A stretch of DNA of 64,000 nucleotides, from the IMG/VR virus record IMGVR_UViG_3300037488_003551, positions 64,001-128,000 of that record. One strand, given 5' to 3'. Made by a program: the position numbers and the translations under genes. Of the stretch, positions 55,664 through 62,956 are shown one piece after another. How positions within the stretch are numbered: position 1 is the stretch's first letter; every line of letters begins with the position of its first letter. Under the pieces are notes generated by a model, which did not search any database, was not told where the DNA came from, and saw only the letters and a list, made by a program, of their open reading frames with translations. Origin of the DNA: a virus.

Positions 55664-56275
55664 TTAACCCCCGTAATCGGTAGTGGAAAGAGCTTCTACT
55701 TCTTTCTCTATTTTTTTCCATTGCCGCATACGGTAGGCGATTTTACTTCGAGTAGTTTTAGATGTGGATACGCAGAAACCTCGTGTCGCGTAAGCGGTGA
55801 GAGACTTTTCCCATGATTTACAAACTGGTAAATAGTGAGCAAGCCATTTTGCACCGCATTCGAGTTGTCCGGGGACGGTTGCTAGGTCGCAGTTTCGAGC
55901 GGCAATTCCGTGTACTTGTGTGAGGCCCACTTCTCCTAGTTTTCCGAGAGCTGTCATCTCGAAGGTGCTCTCGTTATAGACGATTGTCGTCAGAAGGAGA
56001 GGTGGAATCCCATGCGTTTGAGAAGCCTCGACAATGGCTTTTGCCATATCGATGCGAACCTCGGAGTCTCGTGACAGGATCTTTCCGGGTTCTGCGCGCA
56101 TGAAATACTTGATTGCAAGGTCCACGGAGCGTACTTCTTCGTCGAAGCTTTTAGGGAGTTGCTCTGCGGGCTCTGCGGCGGTGGCATCCCTGCTCGATAA
56201 AAGCAGCATCACCATTAGCGTCGTTTTAGCCAGGCGCATCGTTCTGTTATGTCCTTTCCGCGCGTGATTGCGCAT
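55664..56275 (-). CDS. SLT-family lytic transglycosylase with signal peptide
   Basis: I.YNEST catalytic Glu motif, GEVGLTQV, L.AY; hydrophobic N-terminus (start may be 56239). Confidence 0.85.
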   Translation of the reverse strand: MRNHARKGHNRTMRLAKTTLMVMLLLSSRDATAAEPAEQLPKSFDEEVRSVDLAIKYFMRAEPGKILSRDSEVRIDMAKAIVEASQTHGIPPLLLTTIVYNESTFEMTALGKLGEVGLTQVHGIAARNCDLATVPGQLECGAKWLAHYLPVCKSWEKSLTAYATRGFCVSTSKTTRSKIAYRMRQWKKIEKEVEALSTTDYGG

Positions 56276-56314
56276 GTGGTAGTTTAGGATGTTGGTTGTA
56301 TCACAAACAACATC

Positions 56315-56510
56315 GTTCCGACTTTATTTTATACGTTCTACAAAACTGATAGAAGGAGCTTTTTGGATAATCATATAGATTACCGTAGCCCCTTCGTGTT
56401 TGTTTCCTGCTTCCTCGTTTTAAGTTTCGTTTTAGTCGGTTTCCGAATTGAAGACCGAATAACACCAGAGCTCGAAACTCCACAGGCTGTTACCGCTGAA
56501 CTAGCGGCCA
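56315..56510 (-). ncRNA. Putative TnpB omega/reRNA (scaffold plus ~19-nt guide)
   Basis: Overlaps tnpB 3' end: GCC.CTAGTTC.GCGG.AACAGCCTGTGGAG...GAAGCAGGAA...TTTTGTAGAACG then TATAAAATAAAGTCGGAAC and a hairpin. Confidence 0.65.
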
Positions 56511-57582
56511 AATTTTGCAGATTTAGGGCTGCGTTTATATCTCGGTGTGCTGCATATGCACATGTAGGACAAATAAATATCTTATCTCGTTTAAATTCTT
56601 CATGTATTTCCCCACAGTTGGAACAAGTTTTTGATGAGGGATAGAATCTATTAGCAATTACAATTGTAGTCCCCGTTAAGGCAGCTTTATATGTTAATTG
56701 ACGTCTAAATTCATAGAATCCTAAGGAAGAAATTGCGGGTGCGAAGGACCTATTAGCCAGCATTCCACGTACATTTAAGTCTTCGATACCTAAAATTGCG
56801 TAGGTAGATGTAAGATTTTTAGTTAGCTTGTGCAGACAGTCGGTACGTAGACAAAAGATTCTATAATGCTGGTTTCTTAGTTTGTTCAGAGCCTTTAGTT
56901 TATTATTAGAGCCCTTTTTCTTCCGCGAGAATTGACGATTTAAACGAGCTAGTTTTTTGAGTTCTAGAGATAAGCTAGGAGGTTTGAGTATTATTTCGCC
57001 TGTTGAAATCGTTGCAAGATGCGTAATACCTAAATCTATACCCGCTATTCCGTGGTTATTGTGAGTAGCTCGGTTATAGGACTCAGGTAATTTTACTAGT
57101 ATGCTCACAAACCAAAATTCAGCCTTTCTAGAAATGGTTGCGGAGAGCATCTTTCCGTTAAAGCGTAAGGCTTCGAACATTCGTATTTTCCCTATTTTAG
57201 GTAATTTTATGTAATTATTTTCAACTTTAAAAGTACCGGGTCCAGTATCGGCTCGGAATGAGTCGTGTACGCCCTTGCGTTTAAATCTAGGATACTGACT
57301 TTGCTTCTTAAAAAAGCGGTTAAAAGCTTGTCCTAGATTTAATATTGCATATTGAGGAGCAGCTTTTGTTACGTTCTTCATCCAAGGAAATTGTATTTTT
57401 TTAATTTTGTTTAATTCTCGCAGTAGTCCCAGCGCTGTTGTGCTGAGACCTTTTGCATGATTATTGTTCCATTCCTCCAGTCCCCAATTATAAGCTTTGC
57501 GGGCTACCCCGCAGGCTTGTATCATGTATGTTTTTTGAATGTTATTAGGATTGAGGCGTATCTTATGGGCTAAGATTGGCAT
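56380..57582 (-). CDS. tnpB: RNA-guided endonuclease TnpB (IS607/IS200-IS605 superfamily), no transposase
   Basis: N-terminal AHKIRLNP...ACGVAR.AYNW; RuvC GIDLG, IEDL, HRDINAA; CSNC/CPTC Zn ribbon. Confidence 0.93.
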   Translation of the reverse strand: MPILAHKIRLNPNNIQKTYMIQACGVARKAYNWGLEEWNNNHAKGLSTTALGLLRELNKIKKIQFPWMKNVTKAAPQYAILNLGQAFNRFFKKQSQYPRFKRKGVHDSFRADTGPGTFKVENNYIKLPKIGKIRMFEALRFNGKMLSATISRKAEFWFVSILVKLPESYNRATHNNHGIAGIDLGITHLATISTGEIILKPPSLSLELKKLARLNRQFSRKKKGSNNKLKALNKLRNQHYRIFCLRTDCLHKLTKNLTSTYAILGIEDLNVRGMLANRSFAPAISSLGFYEFRRQLTYKAALTGTTIVIANRFYPSSKTCSNCGEIHEEFKRDKIFICPTCAYAAHRDINAALNLQNLAASSAVTACGVSSSGVIRSSIRKPTKTKLKTRKQETNTKGLR

Positions 57583-57589
57583 GTCAGAC

Positions 57590-57614
57590 CTTATACCATT
57601 TTATTTAGGATTTT
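57590..57614 (-). promoter_or_regulatory. AAAAT-N11-TGGTATAAG promoter motif 7 nt before the tnpB ATG
   Basis: Minus strand GAAAATCCTAAATAAAATGGTATAAGGTCTGAC-ATG. Confidence 0.55.
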
Positions 57615-57949
57615 CGCAATTCTTCTTTGAACCACTCCCAGCACTTTTTAGTGAGTTCGTCATACGCGGGGGTCCCGCCATTTGTTGGCGGATAAAAATG
57701 TCGAATGCTGCAACTTTCGATATACATCCCTGCTGCAATTTCCTCAGGAGTTAATCCGTGGTCGTTTGCATAGGAGATATAGACTTTATTTATATAGTGC
57801 GTAAAAGTACTTACGCGTTTAAAAAACTCTGCGCGTGCAGCTTCTTCGCGCGCCTGCTCGACTTTTTCTTTATCGAGTTCGACCTTTGTACCTACAGGGA
57901 CTTTTTTAAATCCCCCTTTGCCGTCGTAGACGTTTATGGTGTCTGTCAT
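57605..57949 (-). CDS. Hypothetical protein
   Basis: ATGA overlap with upstream gene. Confidence 0.65.
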   Translation of the reverse strand: MTDTINVYDGKGGFKKVPVGTKVELDKEKVEQAREEAARAEFFKRVSTFTHYINKVYISYANDHGLTPEEIAAGMYIESCSIRHFYPPTNGGTPAYDELTKKCWEWFKEELRKS

Positions 57950-58203
57950 TTCGTCTTCCCTCGGTGTTTTCCGCAATGTTTGCGTACTTCATTAGCCATC
58001 ACGATTTCGATTTTGTGGACGGCGTTCTCTCGGAACTCGACCTTAGCTCTGGGCGGATAAACCGGATTTCCCGGCTTGTTTTCCGCGAAAATGGAGCGGT
58101 CGAGACAGTATCCTTGAATCAAGGTCTTTCTTTGTCCGTTTTTGAGTCCTCTTTCGAGTGCCCAATAGTGTTCACAGGTTCCACAGGGTTTTAGATTTTC
58201 CAC
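57946..58203 (-). CDS. Small Cys-rich protein
   Basis: CGTCEHY...GYC...C. Confidence 0.65.
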   Translation of the reverse strand: MENLKPCGTCEHYWALERGLKNGQRKTLIQGYCLDRSIFAENKPGNPVYPPRAKVEFRENAVHKIEIVMANEVRKHCGKHRGKTK

Positions 58204-58204
58204 G

Positions 58205-58645
58205 TTAGGCCCTTTCGACGATGGTTATACCGTATTTTTTCAATAATACGTGTGGTCCCAGCCCTTGAATAGCGAAACCGAGGCGGCGATAGGCTGATTC
58301 GGGTGATTTGTCTTCTCCAACATAGATAGAGAGCATTTTAGGGCCGTAACGCAGGATAACGAAGCCTTCCTCGGGTTCTTCGGGAGAAGATGGGAGAGCG
58401 GCAACTCCGCGAGTAGCCATTTTCTGTTTATCGCGTCCTTCGAGTATGTGAAAAAAGTCTAAAAGTCGTTCTCCCGCGGCTTTTGCAGTTTCTGTTTCTT
58501 TTATGTAGATGGTATATCGTCCTCCGTCTAGTATGATGGAGGGAGGTTGTATTTTAGGGGCTTCGGTATCCACACCTTCATCGTACACGGACTTGAAATT
58601 GGGCTTTTTTTTGATTTCCTCTTTTACAAAAGGATTACGAATCAT
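58205..58645 (-). CDS. Hypothetical protein
   Basis: ATGA overlap. Confidence 0.65.
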   Translation of the reverse strand: MIRNPFVKEEIKKKPNFKSVYDEGVDTEAPKIQPPSIILDGGRYTIYIKETETAKAAGERLLDFFHILEGRDKQKMATRGVAALPSSPEEPEEGFVILRYGPKMLSIYVGEDKSPESAYRRLGFAIQGLGPHVLLKKYGITIVERA

Positions 58646-59007
58646 TTTAGCACCTTTGAGGCGAGTTTGACCGTCCAATGGTTTGATAGTTGCTGCACTC
58701 TTCCGGGTATTTCAACTTTTGAGAGTTGTTTCGGGACATATATTGTGACTGGAGGTACACAGGCAGCCGGATTAGGAATGAATTTGGATATAAACATGCG
58801 TTCGTAGAGGCGTTGAAGTGCAGCGCGCGTTGCGATGGCGGGGTCCGAGTGCACAGCCTGGGCGGTCGCGGGTAAGAGGCGCCGTATTTCCCATGATTCA
58901 CGTTTTACGTACTTCTCAGGGATATTATCCGAGGCTTCTGCTGCAACGGCTACTGCTATTGTTCTATTCCCGGAGGTCGCTGTGTGTATTCCGATGTAGT
59001 AGCGCAT
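58642..59007 (-). CDS. Degenerate RNase HII-like fold protein
   Basis: YYIGIHTATSG...IAVAVAA echoes the RNase HII GIDEAG.G...VAAV strand without the acidic residues. Confidence 0.35.
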   Translation of the reverse strand: MRYYIGIHTATSGNRTIAVAVAAEASDNIPEKYVKRESWEIRRLLPATAQAVHSDPAIATRAALQRLYERMFISKFIPNPAACVPPVTIYVPKQLSKVEIPGRVQQLSNHWTVKLASKVLK

Positions 59008-59024
59008 GCGTTGATGTTAGCACA

Positions 59025-59065
59025 AAAAGAAAAAGCCTGAAAAGGTGTCTTTCCAGGCTTTTTCC
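59025..59065 (-). terminator. Intrinsic terminator
   Basis: AAAAAGCCTGGAAAG/CTTTTCAGGCTTTTT then CTTTTT on minus strand. Confidence 0.75.
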
Positions 59066-59082
59066 GTTACAGGGTCCGCTTA

Positions 59083-59592
59083 TCAGTTGTAGGCGCGTTT
59101 CGGGGGTCGGATGGTTCCTTTTGGACTTTGAACAGCTAGCGCAGCTTTTTGCATGGGTGGTCGTCCTCTCCTCTTCGGAGCTTCGTCGACCTCTACCGCC
59201 TGGGTAGTGGGCTTACGACTGCGCTTTGGCGGCTCTTCTGCCACGTCGAGCTTCGAAAGGGGAGGACGCCCTCGTCTTTTAGGCTCTTCGACCGCTTCAA
59301 CCTGTGCCACGGGCTTACGCCCACGTCTTTTAGGCTCTTCGACCACTTCAACCTGTGCCGCGGGCTGACGTCCACGCTTTTGAGACACTGGAGCTGGCAC
59401 TGGCTTTCCCTTTTGCACCTTCTGCGGTTCTGAAGCAGAGCGTGCAATAGGCATTTGGGCTGCCAAAAGGATTTTGGTCAGCTTGGTTCTCGTACCACAG
59501 GCTTTGCACGTCCCGTACTCGCCCGGGAGGGCCACGACTCGTTCCGTGCATTTCGGGCAAGAGAAGATTTTGGAACCTTTGGGACGGGGCAT
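59083..59592 (-). CDS. Zn-ribbon plus tandem AT-hook-like repeat DNA-binding protein
   Basis: CPKC...CKAC; five ~17-aa repeats with KRRGRPP/KRRGRKP. Confidence 0.75.
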   Translation of the reverse strand: MPRPKGSKIFSCPKCTERVVALPGEYGTCKACGTRTKLTKILLAAQMPIARSASEPQKVQKGKPVPAPVSQKRGRQPAAQVEVVEEPKRRGRKPVAQVEAVEEPKRRGRPPLSKLDVAEEPPKRSRKPTTQAVEVDEAPKRRGRPPMQKAALAVQSPKGTIRPPKRAYN

Positions 59593-59607
59593 CTCAGACT
59601 CCTTAGG

Positions 59608-61884
59608 TTATGCGCTCTTTAATTTGTTAAAGAGCGTTATCGTTTTCTTTAGTAGAGTACAGGCATAATCCTGGCTGTCAATAAGTATTAAGCCTAAAGA
59701 ACGATAAATTTTCATTCCGTAACCCATAGGAGACTTTTCCTTCTGAAAATTTATGTTCTTCATATGGGCTTTGTGCCGTATAAGATTGGACGTTCCCGTC
59801 CAAAAACGGCTATCCAAAATGGCAACGACTCCTAGGTCGGTTTGAGACCGTATTAGGCGTCCAGCCCCTTGGCGTACGGCTTCGAGCATGATGGGAACGG
59901 ATACTTCCATGAAGGAATTCGATCCAGCACGCGCGGTAAGAGCGCGGATGATTGGGTCGTCTGGTACGGGGAAAGGAAGTTTTGGGATAATCACCAGGCG
60001 TAGTTTGCTACCTTGGATATCGACCCCTTCCCAGAAGCTCTTGAGGCCATAGAGCATGGAATTAGGGGTTTGGTGATACTGTTTGGTCAGCGCGTCGGCT
60101 GTTATCCCGTCGCTTTGGGTAAGGACTGGGATGCCAGCTTCTTCTAAACGTCTTCGAGTTCGGTTAGCGACCTCTCGTAGGTCTTTGGCCGAAGAAAACA
60201 GGACGAATCCATCGCCAACGCTAGCTGTGGCGAGCGCTACGATTTCGTTTGCGATGTCGTCGTACCATTCGAAAAAGCCTCCCTTGGCGGGAATCGTATC
60301 CATGCGCGGAATATAGAGGCGAGCTGCTTTTCGATAGTCAAAGGGACTACCTACGACTTTTTCGACAACGTCGTCCTCCAGGCGATTATACCCAAGCGAT
60401 GCGCGCATGTAGGAGAAGTCGTTTCCATTTTGTGCGAGCGTAGCACTCGTGATGACGATGTGTTTGAAGTGTTTGTTTAGGGCTGGGCGGATAAGAGTTC
60501 CAACATCTACGGGAATAAGGCTGAGCCCTCGAGGGTCCAGTGCGGCTGTTTTGGTAGTGTAAAAATCCTCGGTACGAGCCTCTGTTAGGAATGAATTCAG
60601 TCGTTTGAGTTTGTTGATGAGGCGTGCGCGAATGGTGCAACCCTTCGGATTTTCCTCAAAGACTTCTTCTGTTATTGGTATACTTTCTAAGTACGTTGTT
60701 ACGCTGGAAATTCTAGTTACGAGCTGCGCATCAACTCCTAGGTCTTCTACGTACTTATTTATTTCAGCTAGTACTACAGGTGCAAAGTTATATTTATGGT
60801 CGTCGTTATCTGTAAAATTAGGAATTTCATTGAATGTAGGTCTGCTTACTGTATTTGCTATGTCTAGACGGTCTTTTAAATTTTTAGCTAATATATCTAG
60901 TTCTTCAGCTAATGGATGGTATGTAGCGTATCCTAGTCCCTCAGAACCCAGGAGCAGGAGGTCGGTACGCTGTAACTCGCTCGAAATTCCACCTAGATAT
61001 CCAGGAGATATTGTTGCTTGAAATGCGCTGCGTAGCGATGCCACCGCTTGGTGTGCTTCATCCATAACTAAAAACTTAAAAGCACGCTTTCCAAGACCGT
61101 CATCGAGTATTCCAGGAAAACGCAAGAAGGTTCCGAAGTAGTGGTAATTAGTAATGATTATGCGCGCTTTACGTGCGTTTTTTCCATAGCAATCATACTT
61201 ACAAACGCCAGGTTTTGGACAATTATCGGTTGAGATTTTTCCCCACCATTTGGCTTCGATATGTGCAGGCCAATTATCGAGGTCCGCAGGGCGTCCCTTG
61301 TACTTTTCTAAGAATGCGTCGAAATGTCCTTTGTAATTGTCAGGTACTTCTTTTCGTAGCTCCGGGCATGCGTAGTTGTTGCGGCCTTTGAGAAGGGCGT
61401 AGGAGATTCCGGTTTCCCCGTCGGCTCCAAGCGCTTCCAATATCTTCGGAAAATCGCGTGTGAGCTGTTTTTGTAGGGCTTTGTTTGATGTGATGATGAT
61501 GGCTCGAGCTGTACGGTCTTTTAAGAGCTCGAGGATAACAGGGATGATGTAGGCGTAACTTTTTCCAACGCCGGTTCCTCCTTCGATAAAGGTGACACTT
61601 TTGGGTTCGGCAAATTGCATGTCGATTGTGTTTGCATACTCGAGCTGTGCGGGTCTCCTTTCCTTGACGAGATTGCCTACTCCAATTTCTAGGAGGTCCG
61701 CCCCTGTCTTGGACAGGAGCTCACCGCAGAAGGTGCAGGGCATTTTGTTGGGGTCTTTGTCGGCATCGTACTCGACATCATAAGTGAGCCGGTAGATACC
61801 ACAGTTCGGGTTCTTACAGAGCATGTAGGGGTCCCTCCGAATTTTGATACGAGTCCCGGGTTTTTTGGGAATAGCTAGAGGCAT
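59608..61884 (-). CDS. dinG: DinG/XPD-family ATP-dependent helicase with N-terminal Zn ribbon
   Basis: RPAQ Q-motif, GGTGVGKS, Cys cluster, DEAH, SATL, FWEGVD, QGAGRLIRS. Confidence 0.9.
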   Translation of the reverse strand: MPLAIPKKPGTRIKIRRDPYMLCKNPNCGIYRLTYDVEYDADKDPNKMPCTFCGELLSKTGADLLEIGVGNLVKERRPAQLEYANTIDMQFAEPKSVTFIEGGTGVGKSYAYIIPVILELLKDRTARAIIITSNKALQKQLTRDFPKILEALGADGETGISYALLKGRNNYACPELRKEVPDNYKGHFDAFLEKYKGRPADLDNWPAHIEAKWWGKISTDNCPKPGVCKYDCYGKNARKARIIITNYHYFGTFLRFPGILDDGLGKRAFKFLVMDEAHQAVASLRSAFQATISPGYLGGISSELQRTDLLLLGSEGLGYATYHPLAEELDILAKNLKDRLDIANTVSRPTFNEIPNFTDNDDHKYNFAPVVLAEINKYVEDLGVDAQLVTRISSVTTYLESIPITEEVFEENPKGCTIRARLINKLKRLNSFLTEARTEDFYTTKTAALDPRGLSLIPVDVGTLIRPALNKHFKHIVITSATLAQNGNDFSYMRASLGYNRLEDDVVEKVVGSPFDYRKAARLYIPRMDTIPAKGGFFEWYDDIANEIVALATASVGDGFVLFSSAKDLREVANRTRRRLEEAGIPVLTQSDGITADALTKQYHQTPNSMLYGLKSFWEGVDIQGSKLRLVIIPKLPFPVPDDPIIRALTARAGSNSFMEVSVPIMLEAVRQGAGRLIRSQTDLGVVAILDSRFWTGTSNLIRHKAHMKNINFQKEKSPMGYGMKIYRSLGLILIDSQDYACTLLKKTITLFNKLKSA

Positions 61885-62021
61885 TTCCTGGAACCGTATT
61901 CTTTGTTTCCAACCATAATTGATTGGTGCCTGAAGAATACGCGCAGAAATTAAGTTTGTAAAGCTCGTTCTTTTACCAGAAAAAGTGTGATATTCTCACT
62001 CGAAAATAGGAGGTCTCTAAT

Positions 62022-62600
62022 ATGTCAGACATGCCCCGAATCGGTGAAGAAGGATTTATTGGAACGACTGCAAAGGCCGCGAAGATTGAGGAAACTCTTT
62101 CAATCATGTCCGAGAAGCAGCCCACGGAGAAAAAACTCACGGAAGAGGAGCAGTACGTAAAAGGTCTCGAGGAGGCTGGCATCTCGGTCGCGCAGGCGCG
62201 GGTCATTATGGAAGCCATGTTCGTAAACGGCTTTTACGAGGAGGAAATTTACCTCGGCGCTAATACGTACGTGACGCTGCGCAGTCGTCAGTACTTTGAT
62301 ACGATTCGCGCAAATCGTAAGCTCGAGGCCGACCGCGTTGAGTACGTGGCATCGATTCAAAACGTCGTAAATAGTTACAACACGGCGGCATCACTCGTAA
62401 AATACGCGAATCGGGATTTTAGCGTTTCGAAGCCACATGACGATGTGGACCAGCAGGTTATCGAGGATTCGTTCACGAAGCGGTTGGACTTCTTGGAGCG
62501 CTTGCCCACGCAGGTCACCATTAAGCTCATGCAGAAGACTTTCGAGTTCGATAAGAAGCTCATGGCTGTCTTTTCGGACGGAGCCCCCCAGGATTTTTAA
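62022..62600 (+). CDS. Tail assembly chaperone (gpG-like)
   Basis: AGGAGG RBS; ends ...QDF* on a slippery site, directly upstream of a tape-measure-like gene. Confidence 0.7.
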   Translation: MSDMPRIGEEGFIGTTAKAAKIEETLSIMSEKQPTEKKLTEEEQYVKGLEEAGISVAQARVIMEAMFVNGFYEEEIYLGANTYVTLRSRQYFDTIRANRKLEADRVEYVASIQNVVNSYNTAASLVKYANRDFSVSKPHDDVDQQVIEDSFTKRLDFLERLPTQVTIKLMQKTFEFDKKLMAVFSDGAPQDF

Positions 62601-62655
62601 ATACGGCGGCGGGGCAAGTTCGAGCTTATGCCTACACGCATAACGCCCCGCTGCC
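62591..62655 (+). other. Programmed -1 ribosomal frameshift signal
   Basis: G GAT TTT heptamer at the stop, 7-nt spacer, 11-bp stem 62605-62615/62645-62655. Confidence 0.75.
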
Positions 62656-62947
62656 CGAGACCGGGTCGTTTCATGAGCAAGTTCTTGCGGAGTCGATTCT
62701 CCGTGAGAGAAACTTGCAGTTTGCGAGCGTGGGCTTGATTGCGCGCTTGATTGGGTTGATGGGTGGCATCCCCGATAAAGTCTTGCAGCTCCACATGGAT
62801 CTGTTTAAGGAAGAGCTCTACCAGTTACGCTATAATAGTAAATACGTATCTGCGACTGAGCGTTGGCGAAAGATGATGCGAGACAAGGCACAGCACGAGG
62901 CTCGGCTCATGGAACGAGTTGCTAACATGACGTCTGACGAGGGCTAA
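62597..62947 (+). CDS. gpT-like extension reached by -1 frameshift
   Basis: -1 frame open from 62555 to 62947, no RBS-linked start. Confidence 0.7.
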   Translation, partial: LNTAAGQVRAYAYTHNAPLPETGSFHEQVLAESILRERNLQFASVGLIARLIGLMGGIPDKVLQLHMDLFKEELYQLRYNSKYVSATERWRKMMRDKAQHEARLMERVANMTSDEG

Positions 62948-62956
62948 AAACAGAAG

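Noticed and set aside
59608-61884. DinG as part of a type IV CRISPR system
   Set aside because: No csf/cas genes or array in the window
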